DNA of 40,576 nt from contig JAZDKB010000002.1 of NCBI GenBank assembly GCA_043803405.1, positions 1 through 40,576 on the forward strand, in the 5' to 3' direction. The translations under genes and the position numbers were made by a program. This DNA comes from Spirochaetota bacterium (lineage in GTDB: Bacteria; Spirochaetota; UBA4802; JAFGDQ01). Within the stretch, counting starts at the first letter, position 1, and each line of letters starts with the position of its first letter. The notes beneath the pieces are model-generated. The model worked only from the letters and a program-made list of their open reading frames with translations, was not told the origin of the DNA and did no database searches. This document shows, piece after piece, positions 8,606-19,606 of this stretch.

Positions 8606-10174
8606 TTACTTATTATCGAGGACCAGCCTTATAGTGTTTGCAAGGTCGGAAGTCATAATAGGCTTCTGGAGTATTCTGCTGACAGCCTCCAGAGAGGAAA
8701 TTCTTTCAAGATCCTTCTGAACATATCCTGAACAGAGAATTATGGGAATATCTTTCCTTATCTCTTTTATTCTTTCTGCTATTTCAACGCCGGTCAAATG
8801 CGGCATAGTATAGTCTGTTATTATAAGATCATAGGCTTGGGGATCGTTCCGGAATGCATTAAGCGCCGACACGCTGTCCATGAAAACATTTACACTATAT
8901 CCCAGGTCACTCAGGACTATTTTAAGCATATCGATAATCAGCGTTTCATCATCAATGACAAGGATCCGTTCACTGCCTCCCTGCATTGCGTTTTCCGCTG
9001 TTTTAATCGATGTCTTTAATTCAGGTATTGTTACAGGTATGATAATCTTAAAAGATGTTCCTGTATTTACTTTGCTTTCCACAGTTATAATTCCACCGAA
9101 TTCCTTAACAATGCCGTGCACTACGGATAGCCCGAGACCTGTACCTTTGCCTGTAGGTTTTGTCGTAAAGAACGGTTCGAATATATGATCCAGTATTTCC
9201 GGTTCAATTCCGCAGCCGCTGTCCGAAATGCTTAACATTATATGCTTTCCATGATTCAAATCCGGATGAAGTCTGATAAAATCTTCATCAACTTCCATAT
9301 CTTCAAGAATTATTTCAATCACGCCTTTATTGCCCAGCAAAGCATAGGCCGCGTTGGTGCAAAGATTAATAACGACCTGGTGCAGTTGGGTCGGTTCACC
9401 CAGTATGGCGGAGTTGCTTTTAAGCGACGTTTTAAGCTCAATTGTGGATGGGAGAGTGGCGCGGAGTAATTTTACAGCTTCCATAATTGTAAACCTGGGA
9501 ATAATAGATTTGAGATTCATTTCCGTGTGCCTGCTGAAGACCAGTATGTGGGTTACAAGCTCGCGCGCCCTCTGCGTTGCATTAATGATTTCACTGATAT
9601 AGCCGTTTACTTTTTCAGTTTCCTTAAGGTTGTATAACGACAGCTCTGCGTAACCCAGTATTCCGCTCAGAATATTATTGAAATCGTGCGCAATGCCTCC
9701 TGCGAGAGTGCCTATTGCCTCCATCTTTTGCGCCTGTGCCAGCTGCTGTTCAAGTTTGCGTTTCTCTTCCTCTGCCTTTGCGCGCTTTTTCTTTGTTTCA
9801 GTCTCCTCGATTGCATGGATCACTGCCTGTCCGAGACGTTTGATATGTTCCTTGATAACGTAGTCCGAAGCTCCTGCTTTCATGCATTCGACTGCCGTAT
9901 CTTCATTTATTGCGCTTGTCAGTATTATTACCGGCGTTAAAGGTTTCAGCTCTAATGCCATCTTCAGGGCTTCCAGGCCGTTAAAACGGGGCATGCGGTA
10001 ATCGGATACGATTACGTCCGGAACAAATGTGTTCAGAGCGTCAAGGTATTCCCCGCGCGTTTCCACGATGCGGAATTCGTATTTCCCGCGGGCTTTGCTT
10101 ATTTCTCTCTTTGCCAGTTCAGCATCTGTCGGGAGGTCTTCAAGAATTAAAATGCGGATAGAATCTTCGGTCAT
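8606..10174 (-). CDS. Hybrid kinase REC-HisKA-HATPase-REC
   Basis: SDYRMPRFNG receiver, QKMEAIGTLAGGIAHDFNN H-box, FEPFFTTK..GKGTGLGL, second receiver TDYTMPHLTG. Confidence 0.93.
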   Translation of the reverse strand: MTEDSIRILILEDLPTDAELAKREISKARGKYEFRIVETRGEYLDALNTFVPDVIVSDYRMPRFNGLEALKMALELKPLTPVIILTSAINEDTAVECMKAGASDYVIKEHIKRLGQAVIHAIEETETKKKRAKAEEEKRKLEQQLAQAQKMEAIGTLAGGIAHDFNNILSGILGYAELSLYNLKETEKVNGYISEIINATQRARELVTHILVFSRHTEMNLKSIIPRFTIMEAVKLLRATLPSTIELKTSLKSNSAILGEPTQLHQVVINLCTNAAYALLGNKGVIEIILEDMEVDEDFIRLHPDLNHGKHIMLSISDSGCGIEPEILDHIFEPFFTTKPTGKGTGLGLSVVHGIVKEFGGIITVESKVNTGTSFKIIIPVTIPELKTSIKTAENAMQGGSERILVIDDETLIIDMLKIVLSDLGYSVNVFMDSVSALNAFRNDPQAYDLIITDYTMPHLTGVEIAERIKEIRKDIPIILCSGYVQKDLERISSLEAVSRILQKPIMTSDLANTIRLVLDNK

Positions 10175-13100
10175 TGAATTTCTCCTTTTTTCGGCAAAGT
10201 AAATGAAAAGGCGGCGCCGGAGTTTTCCTTACTTTCTGCCCATACACGGCCTCCGTGACGGGTTATTATCCGTTTAACTATTGCAAGGCCGACGCCTGTG
10301 CCTTCAAACTCCTTTATGCTGTGCAACCGCTGGAATACGCCGAAAAGATTTTCCGCATGTTCCATGTCGAAACCGGCTCCGTTATCGCGTATTGTATATT
10401 CGTATTCTTCGGTCAGGCTTCTTCCCGATATTTCAATCACTCTCTGCTCATTGCGTCCGGAAAATTTTACGGCATTGCTGATCAGGTTAATCCATACCTG
10501 GCCTATCAGGGCCGGGTCGCCGCTTGCTTTCGGCAGCGTCCCTATTCTCAGATCGATCTTATTGCGCTCTTCAGGTTTTACTGATTCGGTAAAAACCATT
10601 TTTACAAGATTCTCCATATCAATAAGAACGCTGTTCATTGAGGCGCGCCCCAGCCTGGAAAAAGCCAGCAGATCGTCTATCAGTTTCCCCATGCGCCTGC
10701 TTTCCGCGCAGATAACCGAACAAACGCGTCTTCCGTCATCGTCCAGGCTCTTTTCGTAGTCTTCAACAAGGATGCGCGTATATCCGTCAATAGCCCTAAG
10801 GGGAGCGCGCAGGTCGTGCGATACTGAATAAGAGAAAGCTTCCAGCTCTTTGTTGGCTGCTTCGAGTTGCCCGGTTCGCTCCGCTACACGCTCTTCCAGT
10901 TCATCGTTGAATTTCTGAATTTCCATTTCAATTATCTTTCGCTCGGCAATCTCCTGATTGATTTCCTGGTAAAGCCGTGAATTATCCAGGGAAATTGCCG
11001 CCTGCGCGCAGATGATTTCCAGTATCTTTAACTGCTGCGGACGAAAAATTCCGGCAGCCAGATTATTTTCAAGATATATTATACCTATTATACTATTTTG
11101 TTTAATGATCGGCATGCATAATAATGATTTAATTTTTTTATTATTTATATACGGATCTGACGTATATTCGCTTGAAATTGCAGCATCATCCAGAACTACG
11201 GTATCGCCCGATCTGTATACATAGTTAATGACAGTATGCGGCAGATCCGGCCTTGCCTCTACAGGGATGGAGTGGATGACAGTATCCTGGCCGGATGCCT
11301 CCGCCTTAACAAACAGGCTTCCGTATATGTCAAGTATAAGTATGCCGCGTTCCGCACCCGCATTTTCGATCACTATCTTCATAAGCGTTTTAATCAGTTT
11401 TTCAGGAACAATTTCGCCGGAGATCGCCTGCGAAGATTTAACGACGGAGAGAATATCGAGCTGATCAGTGCCGGAACTTTCCGGTTCATTTTTGAAAAGC
11501 ATCGGATAATTGTCATCGATCTTTTTTACCTTTGCGTTTGCGCCCCATCGCGAATAGCATTTACGGGCTTCGTTCAGATATGCGTCTGCCGTCCGCACGA
11601 AACCGCGGTTCCTGTAAAAGTTCGAAGCGATTTCGGCGCTGAGTGCCTGGTTTTGCGTAAAACCGTTGTCCCGCGCAGAGTCGATAGCCTCGTCGTAAAG
11701 GCGCATAGCCTCCATGTCGCTGCCGCGCAGCCGTGCCAGCTCCGCGCTCAGCAGGGCATACCGGTTTGCGAAGTTTTCGGGGCAATATTTTTTCCAGATG
11801 GCATACTGCCCGCGGTATGCCTCAAGTTCTCCCATATAATTTATGTGGTCATCCTGTACGGCCGGGTCGTATTGCAATGATATTGTAAGTGCCGTATAAA
11901 AAGTAATATCTGCCGCAGTAATCTGTCCTCCGCCTGCTGCAATAATATCGCAGGCTTTTGGCAGGGCAGGAACAGCACCTGTAGTATTTCTGTGGATCAG
12001 CTCATTGACTTTGCTTAAAACCGCAAATGCTCCGTTATAATCTCCTAAAATGAGCCGCAGGAGTAATTGGTGCGTGTAATGGATTGTCGCTCCCCATGGG
12101 TTCACCGGAACATCGGGAATATTCGTAATCAGCTCTTTATCTGTCCGGGTTTGCAGGCTTTCGCCGCGCAACTCCTGAATAACGTTATAAATAGAGTTTA
12201 TGATATCGTATATGGCCTCGTATTTTACATACCTTACAAATTCTAAAAGTCCGGCTGTTTCCGCCGCCACTGCCGGCAGCGGGACACCCATCATTAAAAG
12301 AGTATCTGTAATATGTTCGGCCGTATAGCAGGCATGATTCATCTCACCGGATTGTGTTGCAGCCTGAAAGGCAGCCCGGAAAACGGGAATGACTTCCCTG
12401 GCATGGCGCACCCAGATGTTTATAAATGTTGCAGCTACATGACAGGCTACGGCCTTGCCCTGGCTGAATTCCTTCATTTCTGCCATGTCCATTGCAAGCC
12501 TGCCGAAACGGTATGCTTCATCCCATTTATCAAAGAGTTGCCCGATAACGGTTCCGAAGAAGGCATATCCGTGAGGCGAATATTCGCTGTTGCCGTAGCG
12601 GATGCTCAGGATTACTATCTGGCAGGATAAAAGACTGGTAAGATTTGCATCGAAAAAAAACGTAGTAGGCAGCGATGCAGAGAGAAATGCGTTTGCTGCT
12701 TTAATGTCCTGATCCTCTGTTACAGGCAGCGATAGAAGATCTTTTATGGAACGCTCCCCCATCTCTTTCCATATCGTTTCTGCGGCGTCCCGGATGTCCT
12801 TTAGCGAAGGATGTAAAGGAATTATTATTCCGAACAGTTCGGACATGGTAGAAAGAATTGTCATAACGGCCTGTTCGTTCTCATCCAGCGTTGTGTGCAG
12901 AAGTATTTTGATCTGATATACCTTTAGCCTGTCGGCACGGCTCGATGCATGTTCCATTAATACTTCCAGCATTGCAGCAGCGTCGATATAGTTACTGCAA
13001 AGCCATTCGCAGCGGGCGCGTTCAAGGCCGAGATTAAAGGTAAGTTCATAAGATGTTTTCCAGCTATCCGCAGAAAGCAGCAGCTGGCCTGCGGAAAAGT

Positions 13101-15354
13101 ATCCGATAGCCGATAAATAGGCTGTGGCCGCCGCAGCCCTTCGCCCGGCCAGAAGATTAAGTTCGGCCAGGTATACCTTTTCGGATTCATTAGTTATAAG
13201 CTGTGAACCGGGATTTAGTTGGTTTACGATCTCAAAAACAAATTCAGAAATATCTTCCTGCCGCGTTTTTGCAAGCAGAAGACGTCCGATCCGCAAATGC
13301 AGACCGGCAAGCTGTTCCTGCGGAATAAGCGAATAGGCGGCCTGCTGCACGCGGTCATGCATGAACTTATAAACATTTATCCTCACATGAAGTAGCAGCC
13401 CTTCTTTAAGCGTTTCTTCAATGGCCTGCCTGGTATTTTTATCCTGCATTTCATTTATGAGAGCCAGTGTAAGCAGATCAAACGTATTGCCTATACAGGC
13501 CGCAAAGCAAAGAATATTCTGAGTTTGCACTGACAGCTTTTTCAGTTTGGACGACATCAGGTCTATGACATTATCAGTATACCCCGCTGTTTTTATCCTG
13601 TCGATGTTCCATGTCCAGCATTGTTGTTCTGTATCGAAGGCTATCAGTTTATCCTCATAAAGGCTTTTAAGGAACTGTATAATAAAGAACGGATTGCCTG
13701 CGGTTTTTTTATATATAAGACCGGCAAGTGGTTCGGCAAGTGACCGTTGCGTGTGCAGGGAATCGGCTATAAGATAACTTACATCAACAGGCGACAGGGG
13801 GGATAGCTTTATAGAGTGAAGTTTTAAGCCTGCCTTTTGAATTTTTTCAAGTGTACGGGTGAGGGGATGAGATTGAGTCACTTCGTTGTCACGATAACTC
13901 CCGATAATGAACAGGTATCTTTTTTCCTGATTTGTGAGTATATGCTCCAGAAAGGTGAGACTTGCAGAATCCGCCCATTGAAGATCGTCGAGAAATATAA
14001 CAAGGGGATGATCCTTCTGGGCAAGCGAATCTATAAAGCGAAGGAACACAACATTGAACCTGGTGCTGGTCTCTGACGGAGACAGTTCCCGGATAGGCAG
14101 CTGTTTGCCGATAATGAGTTCAATCTGCGGTATAACGTCAATGATCAGCTGGCCAAGTGTTCCGACTGCATTGCGTATACGCTGGCTCCATTCCGATATC
14201 TGTAACTCGGTTCCTGTTAAAATTTTATGAATCAGTTCCTGCAATGCTTCAACAATTGCAGAGTAGGGAATATTTAATTTATACTGATCGAATTTGCCGC
14301 GAACAAATGTGCCGCGTTCCCTGGTTACAGGCTTATATAGTTCCTGTACAAGTGAAGTTTTTCCTATGCCGGAATATCCGGCTACCATTGCCAGTTCGCA
14401 AAACCCTTCATTTACAATCCGTTCAAATATATTCATAAGCATCTGTATTTCACTTTCACGGCCGTATATTTTTTCAGTTATCATAAGCCGGTCAGGAATA
14501 TCCTTTTCTCCAAGGATAAAGGTTTCAGCTTCCTGTCCTTTTTTCAAAAGAGTGAGGCATTTTTCTAAGTCAAATTTCAGACCGAGCGCGGTCTGGTAGC
14601 GGTCTTCAGCGGCTTTGGAGAGCAGTTTAAGCGTTATTTCCGAGATTGCGGGCGGTAGCGCAGGCGCTATCTCTTCAGGTCGTTTTGGCGGACTGGCGAT
14701 GTGGCAGTAAACCAGCTCAAGGGCATCTTCTGCCTGGAACGGAAGCACACCTGTAAGCATTTCATACAGAACAATCCCGAAAGAATACAGGTCAGAGCGG
14801 CTATCAACAGACCTGTTAATCCTGCCGGTCTGCTCCGGAGAAATATAGCTGAGCGAATCTTCAGAAAACTCAAAATTCAGATAGTCTGTTATTGTATCGC
14901 CCTGTGATGAAATTCTGAAATCAATGATCGTGGCAGAATTGTGAATACTGTCCGCTATTATATTTGTACTGCTGATATTTCTGTGGATGATTTTACGGCT
15001 GTGTATATTGTGCAATGCCTGCGCAATTGAAATTGAAACCGAGAGAATCTCGGCCATGGATCTTCTTTTTTCTACAAATGCTTTTTTAATTGTTCCCCCT
15101 TCAATGTATGCAAGGACAAGTGCGGGTTTACCGGAAACAACGATTTGTTCAATAGCGCTGCGAATGCCGGGAACAGAAAGTTTTTTTGTCAGTGTGTATT
15201 CATTAAGGAAGCTTTCAGCAGCGACATCATTAGCCGGAACTTTTATTATGACCGGCATTCCGTACCCGGATTTATCTTTTAAATAGATCAGCGAATGGGA
15301 ACCTTTGTGGATACAGGGAAGAGAATCTATATCCAGTTGTGTCAGCAACATCAT
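10171..15354 (-). CDS. Ser/Thr kinase-like - AAA ATPase - GAF - histidine kinase multidomain sensor
   Basis: YISPEQTGR, DLYSFG; Walker A GYSGIGKT, Walker B FLDDLQWAD; GAF YLENN; SVSHDLRAPLR H-box; GTGVGL; 4-nt overlap with the next gene. Confidence 0.93.
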   Translation of the reverse strand: MMLLTQLDIDSLPCIHKGSHSLIYLKDKSGYGMPVIIKVPANDVAAESFLNEYTLTKKLSVPGIRSAIEQIVVSGKPALVLAYIEGGTIKKAFVEKRRSMAEILSVSISIAQALHNIHSRKIIHRNISSTNIIADSIHNSATIIDFRISSQGDTITDYLNFEFSEDSLSYISPEQTGRINRSVDSRSDLYSFGIVLYEMLTGVLPFQAEDALELVYCHIASPPKRPEEIAPALPPAISEITLKLLSKAAEDRYQTALGLKFDLEKCLTLLKKGQEAETFILGEKDIPDRLMITEKIYGRESEIQMLMNIFERIVNEGFCELAMVAGYSGIGKTSLVQELYKPVTRERGTFVRGKFDQYKLNIPYSAIVEALQELIHKILTGTELQISEWSQRIRNAVGTLGQLIIDVIPQIELIIGKQLPIRELSPSETSTRFNVVFLRFIDSLAQKDHPLVIFLDDLQWADSASLTFLEHILTNQEKRYLFIIGSYRDNEVTQSHPLTRTLEKIQKAGLKLHSIKLSPLSPVDVSYLIADSLHTQRSLAEPLAGLIYKKTAGNPFFIIQFLKSLYEDKLIAFDTEQQCWTWNIDRIKTAGYTDNVIDLMSSKLKKLSVQTQNILCFAACIGNTFDLLTLALINEMQDKNTRQAIEETLKEGLLLHVRINVYKFMHDRVQQAAYSLIPQEQLAGLHLRIGRLLLAKTRQEDISEFVFEIVNQLNPGSQLITNESEKVYLAELNLLAGRRAAAATAYLSAIGYFSAGQLLLSADSWKTSYELTFNLGLERARCEWLCSNYIDAAAMLEVLMEHASSRADRLKVYQIKILLHTTLDENEQAVMTILSTMSELFGIIIPLHPSLKDIRDAAETIWKEMGERSIKDLLSLPVTEDQDIKAANAFLSASLPTTFFFDANLTSLLSCQIVILSIRYGNSEYSPHGYAFFGTVIGQLFDKWDEAYRFGRLAMDMAEMKEFSQGKAVACHVAATFINIWVRHAREVIPVFRAAFQAATQSGEMNHACYTAEHITDTLLMMGVPLPAVAAETAGLLEFVRYVKYEAIYDIINSIYNVIQELRGESLQTRTDKELITNIPDVPVNPWGATIHYTHQLLLRLILGDYNGAFAVLSKVNELIHRNTTGAVPALPKACDIIAAGGGQITAADITFYTALTISLQYDPAVQDDHINYMGELEAYRGQYAIWKKYCPENFANRYALLSAELARLRGSDMEAMRLYDEAIDSARDNGFTQNQALSAEIASNFYRNRGFVRTADAYLNEARKCYSRWGANAKVKKIDDNYPMLFKNEPESSGTDQLDILSVVKSSQAISGEIVPEKLIKTLMKIVIENAGAERGILILDIYGSLFVKAEASGQDTVIHSIPVEARPDLPHTVINYVYRSGDTVVLDDAAISSEYTSDPYINNKKIKSLLCMPIIKQNSIIGIIYLENNLAAGIFRPQQLKILEIICAQAAISLDNSRLYQEINQEIAERKIIEMEIQKFNDELEERVAERTGQLEAANKELEAFSYSVSHDLRAPLRAIDGYTRILVEDYEKSLDDDGRRVCSVICAESRRMGKLIDDLLAFSRLGRASMNSVLIDMENLVKMVFTESVKPEERNKIDLRIGTLPKASGDPALIGQVWINLISNAVKFSGRNEQRVIEISGRSLTEEYEYTIRDNGAGFDMEHAENLFGVFQRLHSIKEFEGTGVGLAIVKRIITRHGGRVWAESKENSGAAFSFTLPKKGEIQ

Positions 15355-15423
15355 TTTCTCCAGCCTGGTTTATATGAATTTTAACAATACTATTATTTAT
15401 CCGCAAATATCTTCACTAAAACC

Positions 15424-15867
15424 TTATTTAGGCCACTGATTCACAAGAAGCCAGTAAAAACCGAGATGGCTTATTGAGTCCATAAAGGAATCAAAATCCA
15501 CAGGTTTAACTACATAACTGTTTGCACCAAGGTCGTATGCTGTTTTAATATCCGGATCTTCTTTAGATGAACTCAGAATAACCACAGGAATACGGTTAGT
15601 CCGCTGATCCGCCTTAATGATAGTCAGAACTTTTAAGCCGTCAACCTTGGGTAGTTTTAAGTCCAGCATTATCACTTTCGGTTTATAGATGATGTTCCGG
15701 TCTTTATAGATTCCTTCACAAAAAAGGAATTCCAGAGCCTGCCAGCCGTCCTCAACAACATAAAGTTTGACGTCCAGGTTAAGCTTTTTTAGCGCCCGTC
15801 TGGTAAGTTCCGTATCATGGGGATTATCCTCCACAAGCAGAATGTCGACAGCTTCGGGAAAATCCAT
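15424..15867 (-). CDS. Single-domain response regulator (Rcp1-like)
   Basis: [45 protein letters not shown]. Confidence 0.92.
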   Translation of the reverse strand: MDFPEAVDILLVEDNPHDTELTRRALKKLNLDVKLYVVEDGWQALEFLFCEGIYKDRNIIYKPKVIMLDLKLPKVDGLKVLTIIKADQRTNRIPVVILSSSKEDPDIKTAYDLGANSYVVKPVDFDSFMDSISHLGFYWLLVNQWPK

Positions 15868-16331
15868 GGATGCTCTCCTTTTGGCTGTCAGCTAAGTGCA
15901 AAAATTTTCTTCATATTATTTTCTCGATAAATAATTTCTGACAGGTATTTTAATTTTTACAGGATATTGCGTTTAATAAACAGGCGCTCTTAGGAGGAGC
16001 AGCAGGGCATTAAGGCTGCAAAAAATGTATTGTCAGCTGTAAATACAAGCATGAAGCGTTTGTAAAATTTTCTGGCTGACGCAATGTTTGTTTAGCAATC
16101 CTGCGCCTGCAAGGAAACGCAAAAAAATATAAACAAACTTATTCTCTTTGATTTTTATTATATACTTAAACTGCATTTTTGTCAATTATGAATTCAGGTA
16201 CCCGGAGTAGCCGGTTTAACATCATTAATAATATTTTTTTTAAATTGCTTGCATGCTTTTTTAAAAACATCTAAGAGGATAAATTACCGCTTGAACATAC
16301 GATTACATAACAGGGGTACAATAAATATATC

Positions 16332-17330
16332 ATGCGAATCTTTAATTTTCTGTTTAATAAAAAAATAATAATAGGCATACACGGACTTGCAAATAAAGTC
16401 CCTGATGATCTTTTAGAAGAATGGTGGATAAAGTCTATCAGGGAAGGCCTTTCGTATATTGGGCATCCCGGTACATCCTTTGTTTTTAAATCCGTTTACT
16501 GGTCGGACATATTGTACGAAAAGCCTCTGGACATAAATGAGAAAAACAAAAAAAGCCCTCTCTATGAAGATGAACCGTATTTGCCCGGAAATACTGAAGA
16601 TTACAAAAATTTTTCTCCAAGCAAAAATAAAAAGCAGTTTCTGGATTCGGTAGAGAAAAAGCTGGATAAGCTTTTTTTAGAAGAGAATCGATTAATTAAT
16701 CCGGATAAAATCGCGGATATGTTTATCCGACATTTGTACAAGGATCTGGATTTTTACTTTAACCATACAAGCAGTAAGCTGGAAGACAACGGAGTTCCGG
16801 TAAAGAACGTAATACGCAAACGGCTTGCCGATGTTCTTTCTAAGTACAGAAACAAGCAGATACTTCTTATTGCGCACTCAATGGGCACCATTGTTGCTTA
16901 TGACGTGTTAACGCAAACGCTTCCGGACGCGAATGTTCATACGCTCATAACATTAGGTTCGCCTCTTGCGCTTCCGAATATCATTAAAAAGATCCATGCA
17001 GGGCAGGGAACAAATTATAAAACAGGGACGCTTCCGTCCCCGGAAAATATAAGCCATAAATGGTATAATTTCGCTGATTTGAATGATCCAGTTGCGCTGG
17101 TTTATAACATCTCGGATGACTTTAATAAAAATTCGCGCGGTTTAGGCCCTGAGGATGTTATTATCCATAACAATTACAAACAAAACGGAAAGTACAATGC
17201 GCATAAGCTTTTCGGCTATTTAAGGGCGCCGCAGACAGCAAATGCAATTTACGATTTCTGCATTTCCGGAAAACCGGGATTTTATTCTGTGTTAAAAAAG
17301 AGAATGGGTTTGCTGTTTAGGAAGAAATAA
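16332..17330 (+). CDS. Alpha/beta-hydrolase fold protein (lipase-like)
   Basis: IHGL, AHSMG nucleophile elbow, TLGSPL, DPV, C-terminal His. Confidence 0.75.
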   Translation: MRIFNFLFNKKIIIGIHGLANKVPDDLLEEWWIKSIREGLSYIGHPGTSFVFKSVYWSDILYEKPLDINEKNKKSPLYEDEPYLPGNTEDYKNFSPSKNKKQFLDSVEKKLDKLFLEENRLINPDKIADMFIRHLYKDLDFYFNHTSSKLEDNGVPVKNVIRKRLADVLSKYRNKQILLIAHSMGTIVAYDVLTQTLPDANVHTLITLGSPLALPNIIKKIHAGQGTNYKTGTLPSPENISHKWYNFADLNDPVALVYNISDDFNKNSRGLGPEDVIIHNNYKQNGKYNAHKLFGYLRAPQTANAIYDFCISGKPGFYSVLKKRMGLLFRKK

Positions 17331-17561
17331 GTAAAACATTTAATATAGACGAAATAACAACCGCTATAAAAAAAATTGATTGCAAATAACTTACTATAAA
17401 ATAAAGTATATTTTCTGCTGGCTGCCCGGATATACTATCCATGAGAACCGGTTAATTAATTAAAAGAGCGGAATCCGGAATATCAGTCATAACCTGTTAA
17501 TTGTTTTTTAATACATTATTGAAGACGGAATAAGCTCCGGGATACATTCCTGAGGATAATC

Positions 17562-19259
17562 ATGAAAAAGTATTTTATTATCTGCTCATGCATCTTATTG
17601 GCGCTTTTCTTTTCGTTTGTGATCTCATGCAGCAGAGATAACAAAGAAAACAGTAAAAACATTTATCATACCGAAACTCTCAGTGAAACAGATGAGCCGG
17701 ATGAGCCAGGCTTTTTTTTGAATGACCAGTATAATGACGACAACGCCAAAATGATCCACTCGTTTGATCTGTTTGCAAATAAAAATCCGAAGTATTTATC
17801 CGAAGATATTTCAGGCTCGGTAAGCGGTAATACAATTACTTTAAAAGTTCCGCTATATACCAACAAAAAATTACTTATCCCAGCAATTACATATTCCGGA
17901 AAATCTATAACACCCCAGTGCGATGAAGCTGCAAATTTTTCCAAAGGCAGTGTTACCTATACAGTAACTGCTGAGGACGGAACAACTGCCAAATATAAAA
18001 TTATTATTCAAAGCCAGCAGCTTGCAAAAACTATTGAATATATACCCGAAGATAATCACAGGACAGACCCGGACAATGATGCAATAATAGGCTACTCAAT
18101 ACCGGAATATTTTAAAGACGGGACTATGTCAAAATACACAAGATATTATTCTGGCGGAAAGGACGGAACCTGGTTTACCGACGATGATGATGTTGATGTG
18201 ATGATCGTTTATAACAAGGCAGGGGATGTGCTCGAAAGCTTATCATTTAACGGCCCGGGTCCGGATGGCAAATATTTTACACAGGATGATATTTATAACT
18301 CGTACGAGCTTCATTTTTATAATGATAACGGAAACGAAGTTGAATACGTTGCAGGAGATTCGGCAGGCAGGGACGGCATCTGGCTTACTGAAGATGACAG
18401 CTTCTCCGCTTTGCATTTATTCGAATACGACAACAATCTGCTTAGAAGGGAAATTCAGTATTCGGATACGGATATAGTTAGCTGTTATTATCTGCTTAAT
18501 TATGACAGTGATTCAAGGATCGAAGCTGAATGGAAATACAAAGGCGCAGGCCCGGACGGGGCATGGTTCACAGAAGACGATGACCTGGCGGAAGAGACGA
18601 CTTATCAGTATGATGATTCCGGAAATATTTTAAGGGAAACATTCGGCCAGGACAAATACGGAAATATTTTATACTGGTATTCCTTTGCTTATAATGCGGA
18701 AAACAAAATCATTGAGAAAACAGAATACACCAGGGAAGGTTATGACAACAAATGGTTTACTGATGACGATTTTATTAATTCAAGAGAGATGTTTGAATAT
18801 AACAAAGACGGTCAGCTTGCCTTAAGCATCAATTCGCATTCACCGGGAAACGACAGGATATGGTATAATTCCGACGATAATATTAATTATTATACTGTTC
18901 TGGATTACACAAAATCGACTGAGACACATACCTGTTATTACTGGCCAAATAACAGGGTAGGGCCGGACGGGTTATGGTTTACGGACGATGATGTTCCATG
19001 GTATAAAATTTACATACGCTACAATGTTATCCGGAATATAAAAAAAGACCAGGAATTATATATTGCTTCGTACGGAGCAGGGGAGGACGGCAAATGGTTC
19101 ACTGCTGATGATGAAAACCTGAAGTCGTACATGAGAAACAGATTTGACCGGCACGGGAATCCTCTGGGCACAACCTATTACAACGGGGCAGGCAATGACG
19201 GCATCTGGATGACCGGCGATGACCTTGTCGATTACTATACAGTTTCCGTTTATAAGTGA
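17562..19259 (+). CDS. Lipoprotein with Ig-like (DUF5018-like) domain and nine GxDGxWFTxDD-type repeats
   Basis: Signal peptide ending VISC; YTVTAEDGTTAKY motif; repeated acidic loops in a Tyr-rich body. Confidence 0.8.
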   Translation: MKKYFIICSCILLALFFSFVISCSRDNKENSKNIYHTETLSETDEPDEPGFFLNDQYNDDNAKMIHSFDLFANKNPKYLSEDISGSVSGNTITLKVPLYTNKKLLIPAITYSGKSITPQCDEAANFSKGSVTYTVTAEDGTTAKYKIIIQSQQLAKTIEYIPEDNHRTDPDNDAIIGYSIPEYFKDGTMSKYTRYYSGGKDGTWFTDDDDVDVMIVYNKAGDVLESLSFNGPGPDGKYFTQDDIYNSYELHFYNDNGNEVEYVAGDSAGRDGIWLTEDDSFSALHLFEYDNNLLRREIQYSDTDIVSCYYLLNYDSDSRIEAEWKYKGAGPDGAWFTEDDDLAEETTYQYDDSGNILRETFGQDKYGNILYWYSFAYNAENKIIEKTEYTREGYDNKWFTDDDFINSREMFEYNKDGQLALSINSHSPGNDRIWYNSDDNINYYTVLDYTKSTETHTCYYWPNNRVGPDGLWFTDDDVPWYKIYIRYNVIRNIKKDQELYIASYGAGEDGKWFTADDENLKSYMRNRFDRHGNPLGTTYYNGAGNDGIWMTGDDLVDYYTVSVYK

Positions 19260-19606
19260 GATAGATTTTATTAACCTTATAACTAAAAAATAAATTTATA
19301 CTATTTAGGTGCTTAAAAATTATTAAGCAATTGGTTATAATTGAAAAATAACTGGCAGTATTAAAGGAATTATAATTTTTTGTGCATTCTTGCGTTGCGC
19401 CCGCTATTAATATTCAATTCAGTTCAGCTAACATTTGACATTACTTAAAAATATTACAGGGGTATATTATGAAACAGTATTCAAAACCTTTGATATAATT
19501 TTCAAAAGATATTCCCATCGGGTTGTGATTCAATATAAAAAACTTGACTTAAAAATGAGTCATAATATATAAATTATGTCGTATTATTCTTGGCTGGAGA
19601 TTTTTA

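Noticed and set aside
8537..15286. Many 60-214 aa ORFs overlapping the kinase genes
   Set aside because: Antisense or alternate-frame shadows of long genes with no motifs
19544..19562. C-protein box upstream of the MTase
   Set aside because: GACT-AGTC spacing is 8 nt rather than the usual 3 and no controller gene is present; kept only as an unexplained palindrome
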